Shown here in pieces: positions 27,595 through 35,392 of a DNA stretch of 40,000 bases. The DNA is from Zeimonas sediminis. Its GTDB lineage: Bacteria; Pseudomonadota; Gammaproteobacteria; Burkholderiales; Burkholderiaceae_E. The translations under genes were made by a program, and so were the position numbers. The notes below the pieces were generated by a model, which had not been told where the DNA came from, searched no databases, and saw only the letters and a list, made by a program, of their open reading frames with translations. The DNA lies in the NCBI RefSeq assembly GCF_023721795.1, contig NZ_JAMQYE010000001.1, positions 2,351,671-2,391,670 of the forward strand, read 5' to 3'. Positions within the stretch are counted from its first letter, which is position 1; the number at the start of each line of letters is the position of its first letter.

Positions 27595-28500
27595 CTAACC
27601 CCCTTCTCGACCTGGCACCTGCCGCCCTTTTTCCCTCGGACTCCAGTCCACCGACAAAGGTGCCACCATTCTTTCCCTTATACAAGCCTGACACATCGTC
27701 GAGCAATTCGCCGGAATACTCAAGCCCGTCCGCACTCGCTTATAGACAAAAAGCTCAGCGTAACTCGGCGAAACGCCGCATCCATCACACTTGCCATCGC
27801 GGCACAGAACGATCCACCGATGGGTTAGCCCGATCTGCCCGACCGCCTGAAAATCATTTCGCTCAAAGAAATCGAACGCAAACTGGGATGTAGCCCACGA
27901 AAGGAGATCGCGCTTGCCCGCATTGCACGACAAACAGGCAATCGCCCAGTTCTTCGCCTCCGGTGGGTCATCACCGATGTGCTTGGGCAACATATGCTCC
28001 AAGCTCTCTTCAACGTTGGGATCACTAAAGAGCGCCCCGCACCAAATACAACGCCCACCTTGCCTTCCCATAACCTTTGTGTACAACGGGTAGTCCGACT
28101 TAAGCGTACCGATCTTCGCCACCTGCGCCCTCGCGGCAGTTGCTGTCAGACCCCGAAGTTTGGCGATATTAATGATCAGATTACGAAGTTCCGCTTTGCT
28201 TTCGCTCGAGATCTGAATACCCAATTCTCCCAGATGCTCGTCGATAAGGGCGTCGTAACTCACGTTTGCAGGCGCGTGCAACGCCTTCTCCGGAATCAGC
28301 GTAAACAATATAGAGTGCCGAATTGCCGGTTCTAGACCGGCAGTGAGACTTTCCAAGGGTTTCCCCAAGGTTCGCGCCCAATCCACCAAGGCAGCGAAAA
28401 GAGTCGGCCACGAATCTGATCTGCCCCTTACGCCCTCCAAGAAATAAGTGTCACTTCTGAGCACCTGGGACACGAGGGAATTTAAGATCTCGCTCGACAT
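27595..28500 (-). CDS. HNH endonuclease-domain protein with extra C-terminal Cys cluster
   Basis: 301 aa. HNH core at aa 151-196: CIWCG...SLEHMLPKHIG...NWAIACLSCNAGK. Second cluster: CRDGKCDGCG...CSTMCQAC. The N-terminal ~140 aa is unrecognised. Its start lies 12 nt after the stop of the upstream DGQHR gene. Confidence 0.75.
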   Translation of the reverse strand: MSSEILNSLVSQVLRSDTYFLEGVRGRSDSWPTLFAALVDWARTLGKPLESLTAGLEPAIRHSILFTLIPEKALHAPANVSYDALIDEHLGELGIQISSESKAELRNLIINIAKLRGLTATAARAQVAKIGTLKSDYPLYTKVMGRQGGRCIWCGALFSDPNVEESLEHMLPKHIGDDPPEAKNWAIACLSCNAGKRDLLSWATSQFAFDFFERNDFQAVGQIGLTHRWIVLCRDGKCDGCGVSPSYAELFVYKRVRTGLSIPANCSTMCQACIRERMVAPLSVDWSPREKGRQVPGREGG

Positions 28501-28512
28501 TTCTTTTTCTTC

Positions 28513-30009
28513 TCACTTGAACCAAGAATCGGCCTTCCAATTTTTCGCAACGCGCCCTTCTATCTTCCCGTCATTGATGAGTTTAGATAGCAGCTTGCGC
28601 AATTCATCTCTACCCTGATTAGTATCAAGACTAACCTTCTCCCAGGGCACGCTCCACATGTCGACCGGGACATACGCCAAGTTCGTGCGGACCACGTCCT
28701 CAAATGCCACCCTGAGCGATTCCACCCTCTCCTCCATCGACGCCTCTGGAGCAACTTTCCAGTGCGACTTCATTTGCCCGTCGGCCTCTATGAGAAGCGC
28801 TTCCTGCAGAGCCCACAGACTGGCACCAATGAAGAATCTGTTCCCCTCGTATTTCTTCCAGTAACTGTTTGGATAATGATCCCGGACAATTCCCCAAAAT
28901 AAGCAGAAAAAGTCAAACCAAATTTTACTGGAACGCCACTCGCTTCGGGCTTTATTTGCATTTTCGGTGGAGAACAGGCTCTTCGCAATTTGAACGAAGG
29001 AGTTGCGCTGGGCCGTGTACCACACCTTCGCTACGCGCTTAATGGCGGCATACCCCAGGAGATCGCTTTTTGCGGATTTTTCTCCGACACCCATGTCAAT
29101 AAAGTTGCTGAATGGGCTCTGGTCATCATAAGCAACCATACTCATGATTTCCACTTCGGTCATCTTGACGCCAGCCTGATTTAACCTACCCCGCAACTGT
29201 GATTGCTCAACCTTCGACAGACTCAGCGCGGCAATTGAAGTTATCAGCGAGGGAGGAATCTTCTTAGGCTTGATGTTTACCACGGTGAACTGGAAAACCT
29301 GCTCCGACCATGTCGCGTCGTAAAGACCGCAGACCATAAACGGCAATCCTTTCGGTCCAAATTTTGCTCCCGCGGAAATCCTGTGTTGGCCATCGATCAC
29401 CATTGCCGGTTTTACGTAGTCCGCGATCGCGTCTCGAAAGGCCGGATTGACCCAGTTCTCTTTATCCCTTAGGAGATCTCGCATCTTGGCAAGCGTTTCG
29501 GTGCCGAGATGAACGGAGATGTCTGTGGCGCCGCCGTTTTCTTCCTCGTCTTCAATCTCGTCAAGATCTTGGTCATCGTCTTCCGAAACCTCCTCTTCCG
29601 ATTGTTCAGCGTCTGCGCCCAAACGTTGTTCAATATAAGAAAGGGCTTGCTCGAAGATCGCGTCAGTTTTCATGGCGTCTTCGTCCATCTCGATCTCTAA
29701 TTGGGTCTCGACGACTTCGCCAACGGGCATCTCGGTGTTTGCGAGGACACATCTTCCAATGCCGGTGTCCGCACGGAGCGCAATGATGACTGCGGTGGGA
29801 CTGCAGTTAGCCGGGTTCTGGAAGAACGGTACGATCGAGCGATTGATGCGGTCGTCGTCCTTAAATCGCTGATAACCAGTGAGCAACTCGTCGGACTTTC
29901 GAGGGATTCCGGCCCATGTCAAGACGTCACCCGCGTTTGCAACGAATGCAACCTGAATCGGTGACTTGGCCTGCTGGCGAAAGGCGAAGACTGAGTAAAC
30001 CAGTTTCAT
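28513..30009 (-). CDS. divergent DGQHR-domain protein (paralog 3) with acidic insertion
   Basis: 498 aa. Motifs present: LTGYQRFKDDDRINRSIVPFF, PTAVIIAL, MVIDGQHRISA, QFTVVNIKPKKIP. It carries a 25-aa acidic run EQSEEEVSEDDDQDLDEIEDEEENG and a long Trp-rich C-terminal domain. Confidence 0.75.
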   Translation of the reverse strand: MKLVYSVFAFRQQAKSPIQVAFVANAGDVLTWAGIPRKSDELLTGYQRFKDDDRINRSIVPFFQNPANCSPTAVIIALRADTGIGRCVLANTEMPVGEVVETQLEIEMDEDAMKTDAIFEQALSYIEQRLGADAEQSEEEVSEDDDQDLDEIEDEEENGGATDISVHLGTETLAKMRDLLRDKENWVNPAFRDAIADYVKPAMVIDGQHRISAGAKFGPKGLPFMVCGLYDATWSEQVFQFTVVNIKPKKIPPSLITSIAALSLSKVEQSQLRGRLNQAGVKMTEVEIMSMVAYDDQSPFSNFIDMGVGEKSAKSDLLGYAAIKRVAKVWYTAQRNSFVQIAKSLFSTENANKARSEWRSSKIWFDFFCLFWGIVRDHYPNSYWKKYEGNRFFIGASLWALQEALLIEADGQMKSHWKVAPEASMEERVESLRVAFEDVVRTNLAYVPVDMWSVPWEKVSLDTNQGRDELRKLLSKLINDGKIEGRVAKNWKADSWFK

Positions 30010-30498
30010 TGTAGGAGTCTCGATAGTTGGACTGGGTTGAGATTCAAAGCCAGCGTAGAACGCGGCGCCCTAAATTGAATGTGAATGCAGTTACGACTGC
30101 AGATGTTCTTTTAAAGGAAACCGGGTTCACCGTCACCTTGTAACCGGGCAAAACCAGTTGCGGAAAATAGTTGTCGAGCACTTGTGACCTCTGGCTTCGA
30201 AAGCTCCTTTGCTTCTAACGCGAAAACGGAACCCTGTGGCCTCGAGCACTCAGATGTAAGGGAACCACACGGGCTCCTCTAACCCACCGAGCAACGCGAT
30301 TGCGCAACCTTCCGATCTAGTCAGAAGTAGGCGGGATATTCGCAATGGCCGTCAAGGTGGACATGGGGCTTAGCCAAGAGAGGGGACCAGGCCCTCGCTT
30401 GGGACCATTCTTGATTTGGCGCACGAGGTGGCAAATCAGATCCTCCGTGCGCTCACACAGACAGACCCGTGGGCGCGTTCTTGGCGCGACTGGTCGCG

Positions 30499-32058
30499 TC
30501 ACCTGTCGGATGCGAGGAACCTGGCCAACACCACCATCGCCCACGTATCCATCGCGCAGTACCTCCTCAGCGCCCCCTCCAGCTCCGCCCGCCTCGCCTC
30601 GCCGGTCTCCGGGGCGATCGCCTCCAGGTACGCCGCCTGCGCAGCCGCGCCGTGCTGCACTTCGTCGAGCAGGCCGTAGTCGACCCCGCCGGGGATCGTG
30701 GGCAGCACCGCCTTGATCGAGCGCGAGCCGCACATGTCGGGGTGGTAGTAGTGCGCGCGCACCAGCGGCAGCAGGTCCACCAGGCGCCGGGCGATCCGGT
30801 TGAGCGGCCTTGCCAGGTCGGGGAACTCGCCGGCGAGCGCGCGCAGCACGCTGCGCTCGAAGCCGGCGTTGTAGACGATGACCGGGCCTGCGGCCGGCAG
30901 CTCGCGCGCGAGCGCTTCGGCGCAGGCGCGGCGCGGGTCGGCGCCGCTCAGGTCCAGGAAGGCGGCTTCGCGCACCTGGCCTTCGTCCGACGGCCCTTCT
31001 TCTGATGACCCTTCTCCCGGCGGCCCTTCCTCGATCTGGCACGACCACTGGAACGGCAGCTGCTGGTAGGGCCGGGTACCGGGCCACTGGGGCACGGCGA
31101 AGCCGATCGTTTCGAAGTCCAGGTAGGCGCGCGGCCAGCCCAGCCCGGCGAGCTTCTCGGCGGCCTGCGGCTCGAGCAGCGGCGCGCCTTCGCGGGTGAC
31201 GCGGGCGATCATGGCCAGCTCGGGGTCTTCGATGCGCCCGGGCGGTACGCTGCGCAGGTCATCAAAGCCTTCGGCCAGCAGCTGGGCGGCCAGCTTCTTG
31301 CCCTTGGTATTGGGCAGCAGCGTGACCGGGTACTCGGGCTGCGGGCCCGCTAGACGCGCGCAGTGCGCCTGGAACGGGCAGTCGAAGGGCGAGCGGCACT
31401 GCTCGCCCATCGCGATGGCGGGCTCGTCGCCCTGCAGGATGCGTTCGGCCTCGCGCACCCAGCGCGGCACCTGGTCGAGCAGCGGCTCGGTGGCGGCGGT
31501 GAGGTCCTCGCGCGCGAACAGGCCCGCGTAGTCGGAGCCGCCGGGCCAGATCCAGCTGGTGTCCACGTGCCACTGCTCCACGCCTGCCAGCGGCGCCAGG
31601 GGGCCGGCCGCCCAGGAGTCGTCCTTCAGCTGCCCCTGCAGCACCCAGCGCTGGATCGCCACGTCGGCCAGGTGGTAGTCGCGCACCGAGCTGGTCGACT
31701 TGACCTCGGCGAGCCGCCAGCCGCCGGGCGCGGGCAGCAGCAGGTCGGCGCGCACCAGCACGCCGTCGCGCTCGAAGGTGGCCTCGTAGAGCGGGCGGCG
31801 CGGCGCGGCGGCGAGCAGCTCGCGGGTGAGGCGCAGCGCCTCGGCCAGGTCGGGCCGGTCGGTGCCGGGCACGCGCGGGTCGATCAGCGTGCCGCCGGGC
31901 GCCAGCGTGCGCGCGACCTCGCCCACCCGGTGGCCGGCGGCGAATACCAGCTGGGTGACGGCCGAGTCTTCGCGCAGCTCGGGGTGGCGGACCTGCAGCC
32001 ACAGGCGTTTGGGGCACTGCTGCAGGTCTTGCAGGCGGGATTTGGAGAGGCGGGGCAT
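30499..32058 (-). CDS. DUF2779-type protein: Cas4/RecB-like PD-(D/E)XK nuclease with Fe-S cysteines fused to an RNase-H-fold exonuclease-like domain
   Basis: 519 aa. The N-terminus SKSRLQDLQQCPKRLWL plus ...RADLLL...WRLAEVKSTS and CRSPFDCPFQAHC gives four Cys, as in Cas4/AddB. The C-terminal half reads YLDFETIGFAVP...IVYNAGFERSVL...YCAMDTWAMV. Confidence 0.7.
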   Translation of the reverse strand: MPRLSKSRLQDLQQCPKRLWLQVRHPELREDSAVTQLVFAAGHRVGEVARTLAPGGTLIDPRVPGTDRPDLAEALRLTRELLAAAPRRPLYEATFERDGVLVRADLLLPAPGGWRLAEVKSTSSVRDYHLADVAIQRWVLQGQLKDDSWAAGPLAPLAGVEQWHVDTSWIWPGGSDYAGLFAREDLTAATEPLLDQVPRWVREAERILQGDEPAIAMGEQCRSPFDCPFQAHCARLAGPQPEYPVTLLPNTKGKKLAAQLLAEGFDDLRSVPPGRIEDPELAMIARVTREGAPLLEPQAAEKLAGLGWPRAYLDFETIGFAVPQWPGTRPYQQLPFQWSCQIEEGPPGEGSSEEGPSDEGQVREAAFLDLSGADPRRACAEALARELPAAGPVIVYNAGFERSVLRALAGEFPDLARPLNRIARRLVDLLPLVRAHYYHPDMCGSRSIKAVLPTIPGGVDYGLLDEVQHGAAAQAAYLEAIAPETGEARRAELEGALRRYCAMDTWAMVVLARFLASDR

Positions 32059-32210
32059 GCGCGAGGGGGTGGCCGGGTCAGGGGGGAGTATGCGGCGGGT
32101 GGGGCTCAGGGGGTGAGCCTGTTGGGGTCATCTCATAACCGATATAAGCTGGTGACCCACGTTCGCCAGCACTCGAGCCTGGCAGAGGAAATCGCGCGGG
32201 ACGCACGAAC

Positions 32211-32555
32211 ATGAGCAGGATGAGAAGGGAAGTGATCGGCGGAACCGAGGTCTTGTGGAGCTCGGACAACATCTACGCGGACATGGGCATCCCCAATGCC
32301 GAGAGGTTCCGGATCAAGGCGGACCTGGCCATCGAGATCACCCTGGCGATCCGCCGGCTCGGCCTCACGCAAGACGCGGCCGCCAGGCGCATGGGCATCC
32401 CCCAGCCCCGGGTCTCCGCGCTGACGAACGGCGACTTCACGAACCTGTCCGAGCGCAAGCTGATGGATTGCCTGACGCGGCTCGGTTACGACGTGGAAAT
32501 CTCCGTGAGGCCGGCGCGCGAGGGGACGGGGCGGCTCACGGTAGCGAGGGGCTGA
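32211..32555 (+). CDS. XRE-family HTH protein (antitoxin-like, no adjacent toxin)
   Basis: 114 aa; ...SSDNIYADMGIPNAERFRIKADLAIEITLAIRRLGLTQDAAARRMGIPQPRVSALTNGDFTNLSERKLMDCLTRLGYDVEISV is the typical pattern of this small HTH family. Confidence 0.7.
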   Translation: MSRMRREVIGGTEVLWSSDNIYADMGIPNAERFRIKADLAIEITLAIRRLGLTQDAAARRMGIPQPRVSALTNGDFTNLSERKLMDCLTRLGYDVEISVRPAREGTGRLTVARG

Positions 32556-32579
32556 CTGGGGGCGGGCCAGGATCCGGTT

Positions 32580-32693
32580 TCAGGCCGCGGTTAGCGACAC
32601 CGCGTGCTGCGGGAAGGCCTTGAGCAACTTGCTGTCCATCGTCACGAGCTTCACGCCCAGGCGCATGCGCACGGCCAGGTTGCTGCGGATCAC
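32580..32693 (-). pseudogene. VapC (PIN) toxin remnant, 37 codons
   Basis: The GTG at 32691-32693 overlaps the upstream antitoxin stop (GTGA). The translation is VIRSNLAVRMRLGVKLVTMDSKLLKAFPQHAVSLTAA*. Only the C-terminal ...LVTxDxKLLxAFPxxAVSL signature of VapC-type PIN toxins is left, and about 90-100 aa is missing. Confidence 0.5.
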
Positions 32694-32935
32694 GGGCGCC
32701 CCTCTCGCTTAGTAGCGTCGACGTCCGGCGCCTCGAACCGGGTCCTTTGCAGTGCGGCCCGCAAGGCGCGGGCACGGGCCAGTCTTTCGCCAGGGTCGAT
32801 CCGCCGAGGCAGCAGCACGGTCTCCAGGCACGCGATCGCTTCGCTGCTCAGGCTGCGCCTATGCAATTTCGAGGAGGCCTTCAGGCGCTGGTACACCTCG
32901 TCGGGGATGTTCTCGAGGGTCAGGGTCGTGGGCAT
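32690..32935 (-). CDS. ribbon-helix-helix antitoxin (FitA/VapB/Arc-like)
   Basis: 81 aa from ATG 32933-32935 inside a long shadow ORF: MPTTLTLENIPDEVYQRLKASSKLHRRSLSSEAIACLETVL.... Confidence 0.7.
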   Translation of the reverse strand: MPTTLTLENIPDEVYQRLKASSKLHRRSLSSEAIACLETVLLPRRIDPGERLARARALRAALQRTRFEAPDVDATKREGRP

Positions 32936-33067
32936 GGGAAGCTCCCGTGCAAGTGCGGCAATATGGTTCGGTTGCGCATGCCCGTCAAACTTCGGGCCGA
33001 TTCTTTGCCCCCAGCCTGCCTCTCTGCCCCGCTCTGCCGCGCCGAGCCTCGCCCGTAGAATCCCGGC

Positions 33068-33778
33068 ATGACCCCCGCACGCTGGCGCCCCCGCGCGATC
33101 ACCCTCGACCTCGACGACACGCTCTGGCCGGTCGGCCCCACGCTGGTCGCGGCCGAGCAGGTGCTGGCCGACTGGCTGCGAGACCGCGCGCCGCGCACCG
33201 CGGCCGGCTACGGCGCCGAGACCCGGGCCGTGATTCGCAAGCGACTGTTGGCCGAGCATCCGCAGCACGCGCACGACATGAGCTTCCTGCGCCGCGAGGG
33301 CCTGCGCCTGGCGATGGCCGACGCGGGCGACGATCCGGGCCTGGCCGACGAGGCCTTCGCGATCTTCCTGGCGGCTCGCCAGCGGGTCGAGTTCTTCGAA
33401 GACGTGCTGCCGGTGCTGGCCCGCTGGTCGGCGCGATTCCGGCTGGTGGCGGTCAGCAACGGCAATGCCGACGTTCGCGCAGTGGGGCTCGGCTCTTATT
33501 TTTCCGCCGCAGTGAGCGCTCACGAGGTGGGCTGCGCCAAGCCCGATCCGCGGATGTTCCACGAGGCCTGCCGGCTGGCCGGCGCCGCGCCGGAAGAGGT
33601 GCTGCACATCGGCGACGACCCGCATCTCGACGTGCTCGGCGCGCGCCGGGCCGGGCTGCAGGCAGCCTGGGTGCGCCGGCCGCAGTTCGTCCATCGGCAC
33701 CCGGCCGAGGGGCTGGGGCCCGAGGTGGGGCCGGCGTTCGAAGACCTGCGCGCGATCGACGCGATGCTCGCGGGGTGA
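33068..33778 (+). CDS. HAD-superfamily hydrolase
   Basis: 236 aa. Motif I ITLDLDDTLW; motif II VAVSNG; motif III/IV ...KPDPRMF...HIGDDPHLDVLGARRAG. Confidence 0.8.
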   Translation: MTPARWRPRAITLDLDDTLWPVGPTLVAAEQVLADWLRDRAPRTAAGYGAETRAVIRKRLLAEHPQHAHDMSFLRREGLRLAMADAGDDPGLADEAFAIFLAARQRVEFFEDVLPVLARWSARFRLVAVSNGNADVRAVGLGSYFSAAVSAHEVGCAKPDPRMFHEACRLAGAAPEEVLHIGDDPHLDVLGARRAGLQAAWVRRPQFVHRHPAEGLGPEVGPAFEDLRAIDAMLAG

Positions 33779-33838
33779 GGGGCCGGAGCTCGGCTGCCTC
33801 CGAAACGGCAATCCGAAGGGACCCGCCGGGCAGCGACG

Positions 33839-34156
33839 TCAGGCAGCCCGGGCCGCCTCGCGCGCCTTCTCCCGCGCCAGCTTCCTGAACGGAACCACCT
33901 CGATGCGCCTGGCCTCCTTCAGGACCTGGGCCACGTCGTACTGCCGTTGCAGCCTAAGCCAGAAGTCGGGATCGTTGCCGACCGCCTTGGACAGGCGAAC
34001 CGCCATCTCCGGGGTGATCCCCGACTTGCCGCTGACCACGTTGTTGAGCGCCTGCCGCGTGACACCGAGGGCGCCGGCCGCTTCGGCCACCGTCAACCCG
34101 AACGCCTCCAGGCACTCCTGGCGGACGATTCGGCCGGGGTGAGAGGGGTTCTTCAT
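33839..34156 (-). CDS. higA: HigA-family (VapI-type) HTH antitoxin, orphan
   Basis: Start placed at ATG 34154-34156: MKNPSHPGRIVRQECLEAFGLTVAEAAGALGVTRQALNNVVSGKSGITPEMAVRLSKAVGNDPDFWLRLQ. The ~280 bp upstream contains no HigB-like reading frame. Confidence 0.8.
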   Translation of the reverse strand: MKNPSHPGRIVRQECLEAFGLTVAEAAGALGVTRQALNNVVSGKSGITPEMAVRLSKAVGNDPDFWLRLQRQYDVAQVLKEARRIEVVPFRKLAREKAREAARAA

Positions 34157-34216
34157 CTGCACTAGCCGATCCGGATCGCGGCAGGTTTCCGCAGCGGGTT
34201 GACACCGAACCCAGAA

Positions 34217-34242
34217 TGTAAAGCGTCGCTTGTCACTTTACA
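34217..34242. promoter_or_regulatory. inverted repeat TGTAAAG-N12-CTTTACA overlapping putative -35/-10 of higA
   Basis: The minus strand reads TTGTAA-agtgacaagcgacgctt-TACATT with a 17-nt spacer. The two hexamers sit in the two arms of the inverted repeat, about 60 nt upstream of higA. Confidence 0.3.
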
Positions 34243-34445
34243 ACATGCACGGGGATGCGCCTGCCCGGCCGAGTTCCATCCCGGCGCACTTGCCGAGACC
34301 CTCGGCCGAACGGACTCGGCCTTCTAGCCAATAGCCGCAAACCCGTTGGCTAGACAGACTTATTCCGACGCGGGCTCGCCGCGCGTGCATGCAGGGCCCG
34401 GCAACGCCTTGGCACGCAAGCTCCCTGGCCTGATACATATCAATA

Positions 34446-34817
34446 ATGATACACTTCGATCCGTCGTCGAGCCCGCCGTCGACTCTCGTCGCGCGGTTCT
34501 ACCGCGGGACGTCCGGTCGAGAGCCCGTGCGGGACTGGCTGAAGTCGCTCCCCCAGGAAGAGCGACGGCAAATCGGCGCGGACATTCGCACGGTCCAACT
34601 GGGCTGGCCCATCGGCATGCCGCTCGTGGGGCACCTCGACGGCCAGATATGGGAGGTCCGTACGCAACTTGCACACCGGATCGCCCGCGTGCTGTTCGCT
34701 CAGGTCGGAGGCGAAATGATCCTTCTCCATGGCTTTATCAAGAAGGATCGCAAGACGCCGAAGCCTGACCTGGACCTGGCCCGAAACAGGTTGAAGAAGC
34801 TCCGGAGCGCCTCATGA
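34446..34817 (+). CDS. RelE/ParE-superfamily toxin (phage Gp49 / HigB-like)
   Basis: 123 aa; FYRGTSGREPVRDWLKSLPQEERRQIGADIRTVQLGWPIGMPLVGHLDGQIWEVRTQL...RVLFAQVGGEMILLHGFIKKDRKTPKPDLDLARNRLK. Confidence 0.8.
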   Translation: MIHFDPSSSPPSTLVARFYRGTSGREPVRDWLKSLPQEERRQIGADIRTVQLGWPIGMPLVGHLDGQIWEVRTQLAHRIARVLFAQVGGEMILLHGFIKKDRKTPKPDLDLARNRLKKLRSAS

Positions 34818-35104
34818 AACGCAACCCTCACCTTGGCTCCACGTTCGACGACTTCCTGCAGGAAGACGGAAGCTACGACGAGGTGCAGGCGATCGCTGTG
34901 AAGCGCGTCCTCGCCTTCCAGGTCGAGGAAAGCATGAAGAAGGCCGGCCTCACCAAGACCGAGATGGCCCGGCGCATGCGGACCACTCGCGCGCAGCTGG
35001 ACCGGCTGCTCGACCCGGACAATCCGTCCACGACGCTGCAGACGCTCGTGCGGGCAGCGGGGGCGGTGGGAAAGCGCCTGCGGATCTCGCTGGTCAAGGC
35101 TTGA
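34814..35104 (+). CDS. XRE-family HTH antitoxin
   Basis: 96 aa, ATGA overlap with the toxin; ...SMKKAGLTKTEMARRMRTTRAQLDRLLDPDNPSTTLQTLVRAAGAVGKRLRISL. Confidence 0.8.
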   Translation: MKRNPHLGSTFDDFLQEDGSYDEVQAIAVKRVLAFQVEESMKKAGLTKTEMARRMRTTRAQLDRLLDPDNPSTTLQTLVRAAGAVGKRLRISLVKA

Positions 35105-35109
35105 TGATA

Positions 35110-35127
35110 CGTACGTTATAGCGTACG
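35110..35127. promoter_or_regulatory. two CGTACG palindromes, 12 bp centre-to-centre (candidate YefM-YoeB operator)
   Basis: CGTACG occurs at 35110-35115 and 35122-35127, 23-40 nt upstream of yefM. As I recall, the E. coli yefM-yoeB operator has two GTAC-core palindromes with the same 12-bp spacing. Confidence 0.4.
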
Positions 35128-35149
35128 CTCGTGGGCTCTCGGAGCCCCC

Positions 35150-35392
35150 ATGTCCACCCTGACCGCCAGCGAAGCCCGCGCGAACCTGTACCGCCTGATG
35201 GACGAAGCGGCGGAGTCGCATCAGCCCATCCATATCACCGGCAAGCGAACGAATGCGGTGCTGATCGCGGCCGAGGACTGGCAGGCGATCCAGGAAACGC
35301 TGTTCCTGCTGTCCGTACCGGGCATGCGCGAATCGATCAAGGAGGGCATGGCGGAGCCTCTCGACGAAAGCGCCCGGGAACTCGACTGGTGA
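35150..35392 (+). CDS. yefM: Phd/YefM-family antitoxin
   Basis: 80 aa; MSTLTASEARANLYRLMDEAAESHQPIHITGKRTNAVLIAAEDWQAIQETLFLLSVPGMRESI. Confidence 0.9.
   Translation: MSTLTASEARANLYRLMDEAAESHQPIHITGKRTNAVLIAAEDWQAIQETLFLLSVPGMRESIKEGMAEPLDESARELDW

Noticed and set aside
21057-30327. Shared 9-mer AGTCAGAAG at 21057-21065 and 30319-30327 as possible att-type direct repeats delimiting the island.
   Set aside because: By rough estimate, a single 9-nt match between two ~400-bp regions is expected by chance at about 0.6 occurrences. The match does not extend, and no integrase is present.
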